From contig JAAOMT010000597.1 in NCBI GenBank assembly GCA_016748015.1, forward strand, positions 558,001 through 622,000: 64,000 nt of DNA, in the 5' to 3' direction. Of this stretch, positions 52,350 to 64,000 are shown one piece after another. How positions within the stretch are numbered: the first letter of the stretch is position 1; every line of letters starts with the position of its first letter. This DNA is from Geosiphon pyriformis uo1. Taxonomy: Eukaryota > Fungi > Glomeromycota. The notes under the pieces were generated by a model. That model worked only from the letters and a program-made list of their open reading frames with translations. It made no database searches and had not been told where the DNA came from. The position numbers and the translations under genes were made by a program.

Positions 52350-53264
52350 TATTATAGATAATTATTTAGAGTGTTAAAACAAATAACAAATCTGTAACTT
52401 GGTGCTCAATAGTTGGTGATATTGATAATTTCTGAAGATTTTGGTTGAGTTTTTTGTATAATAGACAGAAATTCAATTGATAATTTCTTCTGTGAATTTT
52501 TTTTTCAATGTAATAGCCAGTTTATTTTGGCAGTTGAATTTTTCTGATAAGCTATCTTTAAATTTTTATCTTTATTCTTAAGTCTTTTACCAGACTATTT
52601 TTGATATCAATTACTCAGTGCTTAATTTTTTTAATCAATTAGTAAACAACAAAAAAATAAAACAAAAGAAAATAAAAAAAATAAAAAAAATAAAAAAAGG
52701 AAAGAAAAATTAGTATCTTATTAATAGTTATAGTCAAGAACTATTGGTCTAGTGTAATTAAGTCATAAATTCTATCAACATTTTATGTTGATAGTATGGA
52801 ATTGATTAATATTTCTTAATTAAGTAATAGTAACATGAATTCTGATAATAATTGAAATTTTATTAAATTATGTTTTAATTTCATTTTAAGTTGTAAAAAA
52901 CTACTTTTTGAAAAGAGAAGTATTAAATAATTAATAATTTTAACTGATTTGTTTTGATCAATTCTGTTTTTTTTGTTTCTAATATTTTTATTATATATAC
53001 ATATTTCTTTTTATATAAGATTTCACATTTTTTTGAGCAATGTACTCTATTTTCTTTAACAATATATTTATTGTTAAGCAATATGTCATAATTTTTTGAC
53101 AATGTGCTTATTGCTAAACAGTGTATTATAATTTACTAATAATATGTATATTGTTAAACAATATGTCATAATTTTCTAATATTGTGCTCACTTGCTAAGT
53201 TTTATTCTCCTATTGTTCTATTTTTTTATTTGTTTTTCTTTTTGTACTATTTCTATAAGTAATA
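52350..53264 (-). mobile_element. Solo LTR (family 1 R/U5, variant U3), TSD GTAT/GTGT
   Basis: TATTAT...GTAATA degenerate termini inside the LECVP codons of LINE 4 RNase H. Flanks are GTAT (52346-52349) and GTGT (53265-53268). Confidence 0.85.
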
Positions 53265-54719
53265 GTGTTTTGTTTTCTTGTATAATAGTTTTGTATTTGA
53301 ACAGCCAGACTGTAATTAATATATATGCATCTAAAATTAGGTTTATTATATCAGATTTTTGCAATTAATATTAATTAAAAAGAAAACATATTGCTAATTT
53401 AATAAAGAACAAGAATTTTTTGATTAATTAGATTAAAATTAAGAGCTATTTAAGTGTCTTAGACAATATTAAGATAGATTAAATGACAAATAAGACTGTA
53501 TACTCTCCTTTTTTTCTGCTGAATTAGATTTATAAATAGTTTATTGTAATTAAAAACATGGTTGTTTTTGGCAATATTCATTATTTTATCTGTAATTTGT
53601 ATAAATTTATAAATTATATTTAATAAAAAAATGATTCTGGCCAAAATGTAATACCAGGTAAGTTGATTTAGAAAGTAGATTAACTGTCTATTATAAAAGT
53701 ATGATATTGTTATGAATAAACTTGGTGGATTAATATAGTAATATTTAGTTTCTTAAATTTGTATAAAGAAATCTGAAGATTTTTATTTAAGATACTTGAA
53801 GTAAGTTAGTAATATTAATTTTTAAAAATTTTTATTAATTTTATCTATGAAGTTCTTTAATTATAAGACACAAAAAAGTGTTTTAACTGTTTACAGCTTA
53901 AGTATGTAAGCTATCTTTTTCAAGTTAGTCAAACACAATTATTAGGATTTGACAGTGTTTTTTTCATTTTTTAGTAAGTTAATAAGATAATGTTAATATT
54001 CAATTTTAAAGAGAGCTTCTTTTTTTTACCAAGCTATAATAAAGTTTATTTTCAGACAGTCAATTTTATAATTGCTTTACAAGATAAAAATAAAATAAAA
54101 TAAAATAAAAATAAAATAAAAATAAAAATTAATATCATTAATTGTTATGATCAATAGTGATTAGTCTAAGTTATTATTATTTAAAACGTTTTTATGCTAA
54201 GAACATTTGACCAGAAACAAAGATAAGAGAATAATTAACTCAATTTAAACATAAAATTAATAGATTATAGATAAGTGATTTTTTTGATTTCGAATATTTT
54301 CTTTATTTGAAGTAATATAAATGTATAAGTAAAATAAATCTGATAAATATAAGTAAAAAAATGTATTTTTTATTTATTTTTGTCTTTCTGTTTGTTGGCC
54401 TGTCTTTTTTTATTACTAAAACAACTTGTTTTTATACATATTTCTAGTTTTACAAGATTGTTTTCAATTACTTGTTATTATTAACTATTGCTTTCTATTT
54501 TTGTTATATCTTTTTTTTTATATTATAATTATTTATCTTATTTTACAGCTAGTTATTCTGTACTATTTTATATTATTGTGTATTATTTTCTATTATCTTG
54601 AGTTATAATGTATTATTCTGTATTATTTTATATTATTACATTTTTCTAAGTTATCATATTTTCTAATTATGTTTTTTTCAATATTTTTTAAATTGGTTTT
54701 TCTACTTAAATAATATTAT

Positions 54720-55440
54720 TTCTTTTTTTTAAAATTAAGTTTTTGCAAGATTATATGTATCTGTAAAAATTGTTTTTTTAGTATAATATTCAATTGTTGT
54801 GTTTAGTATTGCTTTTTATAAGTCTTTAAACTGTGAGTTTGTTATTTGTTCTATGCTGTTAACTGTAATAGTTTTTAGTATACTATCTAACAGTATGACT
54901 GGATAGTGTTTAAAGACTGCATATAATTAGTAAATTGCTTTGTAATATAGTGTTAAATTGTTTTTTTCTACAAATTCTTCTATTTATTTAAAAGCTTTTC
55001 TGCTAAAAATTTGTCTATTAAAGTCTTTATATAATGTTCTTAATCCTAATTATTTACTAATTTTAAAAGACTAGTAGATTAATAAAAGTTTTTTTTTTCA
55101 CTCTTTGGCATTTTTTGGTGTCTATTTTTCTGTTATTAGTTCTAAGTTTAATTTGTTTAACATATATCTTTTTTTTTCTTTAATTGTTTATAAAAATAAA
55201 AACACTCAGTTTTAATTGAACTCTCTTCTACTTCTTATTTGTACAAATTTCTGTATTGTATCTTTTTTTTATTAATTGTAATTTTAATTAGTGTTGTAAA
55301 TTGTTGAATTGTTTCAAATAGTTGTTTTAAGAGTCTTAAAATTTAATCTAAGAGATTTATATTAAAAGTTTTATTATTTTTTTTCTATTGTTTTGGTCTT
55401 TATATATACTTAAATTTTTTAATTTAAATTATTACATATT
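54720..55440 (-). pseudogene. ORF3 of gypsy C
   Basis: Reads EEFVEKNNLTLYYKAIY*LYAVFKHYPVILLDSILKTITVNSIEQITNSQFKDL*KAIL (~54800-54980). Homologous to ORF3 of A and B. Confidence 0.72.
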
Positions 55441-58400
55441 GATTATGTTTTAATAATAATAATTGATTCTAAATCTTTTAGTATATCTTCTGGTCTGATT
55501 AATAAAATTTGCATTCCTAATTAAGATATAAATAACAATAATTTTTGGTTAATATAATAAATTTTCAGTTGATTTCTGTGTTATTTTTTTAAAATTTTGT
55601 CTTTTAATTATAATTTATAAGCTTTGTTGCTTAAAATTTTGTGTATATAAAATGGTCTGTTCTATTTTGGGTCAAACTTTTCACTTCATTGTTTTTCAGC
55701 TTTAGTATAATATAATAATACTTTGTTTTTAATCTTAAATTTAACTGGTTAATTAGGTAGATAATTATTATATTTTTTTTCTGTTGTTTCTGAGTATTAT
55801 TAATATTGTTAGCTGTTATTCTACTATTGTTTTCTAATGTTTCTATAAGTTAATATGTTCTTTGGTATAAAATAGCTTTTAAATTCTTTTAAGTGATTGT
55901 TTCTGTCAGAAAAAAAGATATTTTTTGTTCAATAAGTAGAATAGTTTTTCTTTTATAGACTAATTTGAATAATATAAACTGAACAGTATTTTACTTTAGT
56001 ATTTGATATGTAAATAATACAGAAAGTATAAATAAGTTTTATATTTGTGTATTTTTGTAACTTATTTTTGTTAATGCTTTATACAATATTCAATTAAATT
56101 TTTCTATCAGTCTGTTTATTTGTAAGTAATATAATAATAATAATAATTACTTTATTTTAAATTATTAGCTTAGTTTAGTTAATATATTATTAACAAAATA
56201 AGTTTTTTGGTCAGATAATAATTTTTTTGGGCATCTATATCAATAAATCAGATTTTGATACACGAATTTAGCTATTGTTTTAGCATTGGCTACTAGAATA
56301 GCTCTGGTTTTAGGTCATTTGATAAGATAATCTATAGTTATAGTAATGTAATAATTTCTTTTGAATATAATTAAAAGAGAACCAACCAAATTAATCTTAA
56401 TTCTATTATATAAATTTTCAATTAAAATAGATTAAAATAATTCTGTGGTTTTGGCTTTTTTCTTTATTGACATGTATTATAGTTAATAATATACTCAAAG
56501 ATATTTTTATATATTGTTAATTAATAATATAAATTTATTGTTCTTTTTAGAGTAGCATTTTTGTTGAAATATCTTATAATTGAATTAGAGTGTATGTTAT
56601 ACAAAACAGTTTTTTTCATTGTTTTTTATAATTTATTATAAAGTATTGTGGTTTTGGCATTTTTAATGATATAATTAGTTGTTCTAAATAAAATAATTAT
56701 AAATTTGTTTCCATATAATACTTTGTTTTTGTTAAGATAATTTTTTTTTGAATTATAGTGTTAATAGATACTGGTATAATTACTGATAGGTGGTTGTATT
56801 CATGAGTCTAATGTCAAATTTGTATTATTCTTAACAAACTATTAGAATTGGTATTCTTGGTTCTTTTCTTATAATGTACTTTGTATAAAAATTATTGTAA
56901 ATAAATATTCTATCATATATATTTTCTTTTTAATTGTGGCTTGCTAAATAATTAAATAAGTTTTTTGTGATTTATATATAGGTTAAATAGTTAGTAAAAA
57001 TAGTGTCTCCAATTTTGTATTGCTTAGTAAATGGTAAAACATTCTAAATCTATTATACTATATATATTTTCTACTGTATCAGTATTATAACTGGCATAAA
57101 TGATTAGATGTTCTTAATTATCCAGTTTAATTTATAACAGAACAGCTCCTAGTGCATTTTTTAAAATATTCATAACAATAATAAAGTGTTTATTAAAGTC
57201 TAAATAAATTAATATAGGTATTTTTATTAGATATTGTTTAAGATAATTGAAAATTTTTTGCTGTGTTTTTTTTCATAATATGGAATATATTTTGACAGCA
57301 ATTAATAGAATGATTTTGCAATGTTCAAAAAATCTTAAACAAATCTGTAATAATATCTGACCAGTTCTTAAAATCTTTTTAATTCTTACAAATTAGTTGA
57401 GACTGAAAAGTTTTTAACTTTTTTTATCTTATTTAGATTTGGTTTTACTCTATTTTTTTTCTTTTATGTGTTTTAAAAATTTTAGTTCAGTTTTTTTAAA
57501 GAAATATTTGTTCAGATTCAGCTTTAGTTTAATACTTTAAAGTTAATTAAAAACTTGTTGGAGGTAAAACAAATAGTTATTAAATGTTTCAAAAAATATA
57601 TTGGTATTATTTAGGTATACTACAACTAATTTTCAAAGAATTTTTTTATACACAATATTCATGAAATATTAAAAGATAGCTGGGACATTACAAAGTTTAA
57701 AAAGCATTATATTAAATTTAAAGTTTTTGTTTTATGTAGTAAATGCCGTTTTTTTGTCTTTGGGGTCCATTTCAATTTGCCAATATTCATTTGTTAAGTC
57801 TAAAGAAGAGAACCACTTTTTATTTCTTAAGTTATTCAGAATTTTTTGAATAAAAAAAGTTAGATAGCTATCTTTTTAAGTAATATTATTGAGTTTTTAG
57901 TTATTTATACAAATCTGTATTTTTTTATTCTTTTTGATAACTAATACTATTGGAAAGCTTTAAAATTTAATAATTTTTTGATTAACTTATTGTTTAATAT
58001 TCTTGTATCTTTTGTTTAATTAGATTGTCACTTATTAGAGTTATTTAATAGACCCATTATTTGATAAATCTGGTATTTTCTCTGTTGATTTGATGTTTTA
58101 TAATATTAGTACATCCAAATTTGTTTTTATTAACAAAAATATTGATGTATTAATTCAAAAAAACTTTAAATTATATTTGTTATAATGTACTTAAGTTTTT
58201 CAAGTTTAATTTGGTGATTTTTTTCAGTGTAAACAGATAGTTTTTTTTTGGCAAGTTCTATACTTACAAAATAATATTATAAAATAAAAACAATTGTGTG
58301 AAGTTTGAAATAGACTTAGATCTTTTAGGATTCAGAAAAATAGAACTAATAAAAATTTTTTTGGAAATCTTAATAATATTTTTAATAAAATTATAGATAA

Positions 58401-58624
58401 AGATTTTGAAGTGTTTATAAGCTTTGGCAGATATATATAGATTAACAATATCAGCTAAAGAACAAATTTTTAGGTTAGTCAAATAAAAAAATTTGATTCT
58501 GAATTTTTCGATTCACTTTTAGATTATACTATTAATATAGGGGAATAAAGATAATTGTATTAATATAGATAAATTTTATCTTATTATTATTATCTTTTAT
58601 AAAATTAACTGATACATTTTCTCT

Positions 58625-58995
58625 TTTACTTAATTTGAATTTTTTAATTTCTTAAGCAGTAAAATCTAATTTCTTATACATGGTAATTAAAATTAATTGC
58701 TGTATTTTTACAAGGGACAAAAAGATAGCTTGAGCAATTTTTTCTTGTAATTCAATTATAAAGTTTATTAAATTGTTCTGTAGTATTATAATAATGTTTT
58801 CTGTATATTCTAAGTTAATAATTTCTCTTTTTATGTTAATTTTTTTTTACAAGACTAAACTATAATACAACTTAGACTATAATATTAATAAGAGTTTTTA
58901 AGTTATTTTTATATCTATTTTTACAAAGGAATGAAGTGTTATAACTACAAAAAATTGTTTAAGATATTTTAAATTGAATTTAGCATTGTTTTTAT
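58625..58995 (-). pseudogene. dUTPase domain of gypsy C
   Basis: FNLKY (motif I, GFDL), FSLVKK.INIKREIINLEYTENI (motifs II/III), EKIAQAIFL (motif IV), TA*EIKKFKLS (motif V), all readable after transition reversion. Confidence 0.8.
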
Positions 58996-60329
58996 GTATT
59001 TTTTTGGAATATATTTTATTATTATTATTACTATATCATTTTAATTCTAATTTTTTAAAGAGGTTAAGATAGGTAAAATACTATTCTATTTTAGTAGCCT
59101 TATTTGACTCTTAAAATAACAAGTTCTTAGTTATAAGCTTATATTTTTTTTTGAGTTTTGGTAATTTGGAAATGAATTAAACAAAAAATTACACTTGTTA
59201 TAGTACTAAAAATAGTAAAAAATCAAGTAATATTCACACAATTTTGTATCAAAGTCTGATAGTCTTTGTTTTTATTCTTCTTGAGTAAAAGCCAGTTCTT
59301 AATAACAGTCTTAAAATGCTTTAAAATTATCTGTAAATAAGTTATTTATCTTTTTAATAGTTAATAACACATTTTTTATGATGTATATTTCCTTAATTGT
59401 AATGTTCTTCCATTTTGTTATGGCCATGTTCAAAATTTTTTTTATTGTGAAAGTATAAATTCAGTTAATTTATTGCTTAACTATAGACTATAATGAATAG
59501 AGTTTTTTTTGGACCCAGTTATTAATTAGAATAGTGTATTGACAGAATTTGTCACATGTTTTTCTTCTATTAAAGATATTATTTCATAGTTTTTTATCTA
59601 GTAAAATTTTATTACATGTAAAGTATAGCATATTGTTCTATTTGTTTTGCTATTTTGGTTAATTAAATTGTTTTAATACACAAAATTAACAATAATATTT
59701 GATAACAATAGGCCATATTTTATTGTTTTTAATATAGACATCTATTGAAAATAACTTCTTTTTACAATTAATACAGATTAATTTTGGAAATCAATATAAT
59801 AAATTTTATTAATTTAGAATTAGGTAAATTAATGATGATTCTTAAAGTTTTTTGTTAGTCTTTTTTTATCTTTTTTTTCTAATATAAAAGATAATAGTAA
59901 CTTTGTTCTGTAATTATTAGCCCAAGAAACTTGATAAGTTTTTAAAGTTAATTAAAGAATAAGTTTTTTGAATTCGATTTGAAATTGTTCTAGAACTATT
60001 ATTCTGAAGTGTCTATATGTAATAAATACTCTTGTGTATTGTCTGTTAAAAGCAATTTGAAGTTTTTGGGTTTTTCAATTAAGTATAGCATAAGTTTTAG
60101 TTAACTAGTCATTTCTTATAAGAACTTAATACTAAGTAGTTTTTATAACAAGTATTCTAATTAAGATGTTAATTCTGTGAATTTTGAAGAGAAAATTATT
60201 GATCTTTTCTATTAGTGTTTTGGTATTTTCATTTATAGTAATTATTTTAGCAGTAGCTGTATAATCTATTCAGTAACTTAGTTGATTCATAATATTAAAC
60301 AACTTAATAAATTATTTTATGTTTTATAA

Positions 60330-62200
60330 GTATTATTTGACTATTAACTATTTTTATATAACATAATTATTATATATTAAATAGAAATTTTATTATATAT
60401 AACATATAAATAACTACTTAAATACTTTGAATTAAACACAAAAAAAACTTTCGTGTTTTTATTTTATTAATACAGCTATTCAAATAATTGTCTTTAACAA
60501 TAAACTTATTTATTTAAATTTTTATAGCTTTTATATTAGTTTTAATTTCTGTTTTTTGGTAGTTTTAAAAACCACTAAATTAGTAAAATTTAACTTAATA
60601 GCTTTATTATTATTATATAATAAAATAACACTAAACTTGTTTTTAAATTTAAAGAATTTTTTAAACATAATAGTAATTATTTTACTAAAATCTTTAATTT
60701 ATGTTTTTAATAATAAAATTTAAGAATTTGGCTTTACAATAAAATTTTTTTAATAACCAAAAAAAAGCAGCCAATACAATTAAAAAATCAATAAACTTAA
60801 TTATAAATCTTATAAAACAAAATAATTTTTGCAATAAATTTTTTAGAAAAACCAATTTAGAATTTAAAACAATAAAGTTATTTAATACAAAAAAAACCAA
60901 AATTTTAACATATAAAACTAAATTAATAAAATATTTTCCAAAATTTTTAAACAATACAAAAAATATAATACCTGATTTTAGTAAATTAATAAAAACCACT
61001 TTATAGTTAAAAATCAAATAATTTACATTTTAACATTTATATAAATATCTAAATTTAAAAATTTTCTATTAAATATAACTTTTTCTTAAAATACTAACTT
61101 AAACAATTATTGTATTAAAAACTTTTTTGAATTTAAAAGTAACAATATCAAATTTTTGACAATAATTAAATAATTGTTTTTCTAATATTACTAATAACAA
61201 TATTATTAAAAAACAAAAAAAAATCTTTGATTTCTATTTGGTTAGCTTAATTTTTCAGATTAGTAATTCAATAAAGTTGATTAAGTAGAAACACATACAA
61301 AAACATAACTTATTTTGTATTCAGAACTGTTAATAATTGGCTGAAAAATAACATATTAATAATATAATTAAAAACTAATTCAAACTAAAATAAACTTATA
61401 TGTTTTATTGTTATTGTTTAAAATAAAAATGTTTTTTTATTTTCAGCCATAATAGAATTAAATACTGTAATTAGTATAGATAATATTAGATTGACAAAAA
61501 AGTCAAAAACGGCAGAAAAAATCAAAGTTTTATTGTTTACAACACTAAAATTGGCACCAAAAACACCAAAATAAAAATTTCTTAATATTTTAAAAGAATT
61601 GATATTAGACATAACAAAAATTTGGAAAGTTGTTTTTTGGTTATCTTGGTTTTTTTAATTATTTGGATAGCAATGAAAGAAAAAACCAAAAAATAACTTA
61701 GTTATTAGCTTTTATTAAATACTTTAGGACTTTAAATAATACAGAAATCACATAAATACTGTTTTAAATGACTTTGTTTAAAAGAACTTTAAAAGAGAAA
61801 AAGTTTTAATTAAAGACAAAAACAATACTCTAGAGCCAATAAAAGACTGGATTTTAACTATTTTACTTAAGAAAAACTTCTTTACAAATTGCTATCAAGT
61901 AGTTTTAACAACTTTTTTTTATTCTTTGTTCTAGTTATAATCATAAAAATATAAGAGAAAAAAGCCAATTAAAAATATTTTTAATCAATGTTTTTTTAAA
62001 ATTTTTACTGTTGTTATTTTTTAAAACAAAACAAAATTTACTTTAAAGAATTTTTGCCTAGTTTTTAAAACTCAATAAATTAACTTTAAACTTTATCATA
62101 CTGTTTAACTGTGTTACAAAAAAATATAAATAACAATTTTATTAACAGAAAAGTTTTGTTTCAATTTTTATTAAGATAATTTTTGTTGTTTTTAAAACAT
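60330..62200 (-). mobile_element. Probable ghost ORF1-type element with LINE-like 3' end
   Basis: FIRFIIKFIDFLIV (ORF 60694-61017) resembles FKFIIKLISFLV of the 27400-29232 element at the equivalent position. A 3' UTR-like motif lies at ~60400-60430. Very eroded. Confidence 0.4.
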
Positions 62201-63757
62201 TATTTTATAGTTAAAAATGTTTAAATATTAGGTAATAATTTATTTAACAAATTTTATTGTCGAATTCTTTTTGACATTTTTGCAAACATTATTTTGGGCT
62301 GATTAGCATTTTTTATGTTCCCAGTTTTTTTTTTAATTTTTCGGATAATTGTAAAAAATTTTAGTTACTATCTGTATTTTCTTAGTAAAATGTATCTTAT
62401 GAGTATAAGTTAGTTTAATATTGTAATTTACAAAAAATAGCAAAAGGTGAGAATATTTCAAAAATATTTTTTATTTGCATATTTTGTAACACATTTATTT
62501 GAATTTTTATTAATTAAATTTTTTCAATATTTTTATTCTAAAATTTGAAAATTCAAAAATGTTGGAAAAAGTTACTGAGTTCAAGTTTTGATTATTGCTA
62601 ATAATAAATAAAATTTTAAGTATATAATTTTTTAATTAATGCTTCATGTTCTGGTTTTAAAAAAATAATTTTATGAATTTATTATTGCCATTATTGTAAA
62701 TTTAAAATAATAATCAACTTTTATCAGAGGAATATTTGACCAATTTTATTGTGTAATCAATAGTTTCGATGCAATTTAAAAACAATTATGTCAATATTCG
62801 ACAAATTTTTTTTTGGATTGTCCCAAGAAATCATACTCTGCATTCAAAAATCCTTGATTGATTCTACATTCAGATTTTTTGTTATAGTGATGATGAATAG
62901 TTGGTTTTCATAAGTGCCAATGAACTAGAAATCAGTATGGAAATAAATCAATTTCTTTGTTTTTGGAGTTTTGATCTAAGATTTTCCATCAGGTTCTTTA
63001 CGAAAAAGAATGTAATTTTTTTTGATATGAAGATGATGAACAAATAAATGTCACATGATTAGTTTGGCTGTCATTAAATCTTATAAGAAAGTCGATAAAT
63101 CTGCGAAATGTTGAAGTTTTTAAAGAAAACAAATTTCTTAATAGATTTTTTAACAAGAGGGGGACTTTTCGTTTTAATTTGCTAAAATTAGAACATAACC
63201 TAAACGTGCAACTTTAACCTCTAGATGTGCCAACAAGAATTCTAAGACCTTCGCCCCAACCAGGTATTGTATAGTATTGCTAAACTTTAAATTAAACACA
63301 CAAAATAGAAAAACGAATTTAGACATTTCAAAGCTGACATGACTCACACTGCAGATCAACCATATAAAATGTTTTGAGACCGCATTCGATTCATAGATTT
63401 TGGGACTAAAAAAAATTAATATTTGCTTTATAAAATGTAGATTTTAATATAAAATTTCCTTCCTGATCACCTTTGCCACTTTGTTCGAATCATCTTATTC
63501 CCACGCGATTTCATCATTGTGTTGTAAATTTGAATCAAATACTCATCATGTTGTAATTAACAGTCATTGACGTATTTTATCGTTTAATGAAGTCATGTTG
63601 AAGTCACAGAATGGTCAGCATTTTTATTAAGTGTTCTTACATATTTATACAACACCCGATCCCTCACAACTTTCTAAAATATCACTAATCGCTATTAAAA
63701 AAATACTTATCCTAACTCTTAACACTTTTATCAACTCTTTTAACACTTATCTAAATT

Positions 63758-64000
63758 ATGGCCTCTCGACATCATAAAGAAGCTCCCGAGAGTCATGCTC
63801 AACCTGTGAAAGCCGATACTCATGAAGAAAGAAGCGAACGCTCATACAAAGCTGTTGCACATAATCCAACTGTTTCTCACGAGGCTCGGTGAGCAGATTG
63901 GATATTGGATATAGAAAAAAATATTTTCGCTAAACTAATGCATTTTACCTTTTTTTATATAGAATGCACGCAGCTGAAAAACTTGCTGAAATGCACGAAG
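63758..64000 (+). CDS. Con-6 (conidiation protein 6) family small hydrophilic protein, 5' part (runs off the window)
   Basis: ATG at 63758; intron 63889-63962 (GTGAGC...CTAAT...TAG). Spliced product MASRHHKEAPESHAQPVKADTHEERSERSYKAVAHNPTVSHEARMHAAEKLAEMHE matches the Con-6 repeat pattern YKA..HNP.VS.EA..HA.EKL. Missed by the ORF track. Confidence 0.8.

Larger units (their letters stand above)
46030..53707 (+). mobile_element. LINE copy 4, heavily C>T/G>A eroded, carrying two solo LTRs and truncated by gypsy C
   Basis: ORF1 from ~46091 is colinear with copy 1 (AIKKFFVLDINFSAIEKKS). APE at ~47960-48700, RT FVNN at 50244-50255, RNase H at ~52180-53500. Ends at the V[W][H] codons just before 53708. 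Confidence 0.88.
53708..60300 (-). mobile_element. Ty3/gypsy element C (second LTR family): 3' LTR, ORF3, IN, RNase H, RT, dUTPase, Cys-rich region, protease; gag and 5' LTR missing
   Basis: LTR ~53708-54715 followed by a PPT remnant. IN ~55450-56600, RT YLNN at 57606-57617, dUTPase ~58625-58995, protease C-terminal half (..VLIRND*L.. from LVGNDWL) at ~60000-60290. Confidence 0.87.

Noticed and set aside
21447-61612. Hydrophobic F/I/L/K/N-rich ORFs that look like small membrane proteins (21447, 46109, 53459, 54426)
   Set aside because: They are artefacts of AT-converted TE sequence and lie antisense to or inside decayed elements.
62700-63520. Possible spliced minus-strand gene divergent from the Con-6-like gene
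   Set aside because: Splice-like signals exist, but the joined peptide is unrecognisable and downstream frames are closed, so support is insufficient.

Overview
Eukaryotic, AT-rich genomic DNA with short spliceosomal introns. It is most likely an early-diverging fungus (Glomeromycotina-like; this is inferred from gene and repeat families, not proven). The left ~11 kb is host sequence: a possible decayed gene, an 8-exon TRP-like channel gene with an apparent frameshift and a GC-AG intron, and a Sel1-repeat gene. A Con-6-family gene begins at the right edge. Between them (~11.3-62.2 kb) is a nested transposon block. It holds four non-LTR retrotransposons (ORF1 RRM-like/CCHC; ORF2 APE-RT-RNase H-CCHC, joined by an ATGA overlap in three copies), three truncated Ty3/gypsy elements and three solo LTRs with 4-bp TSDs. 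It also holds several nearly all-AT 'ghost' copies that can be read only by reverting C>T/G>A changes. Most interesting observations: (1) an unannotated ~240-codon third ORF between integrase and PPT, conserved in all three gypsy copies across two LTR families, two of which also show a dUTPase; (2) pervasive RIP-like C>T/G>A erosion confined to repeats; (3) an ORF1-only (HAL1-like) element carrying the LINE 3' end; (4) an LTR hairpin whose palindromic UGAUCA loop is kept while the stem differs between families. All alignments were made by eye, and boundaries of degraded elements are approximate.
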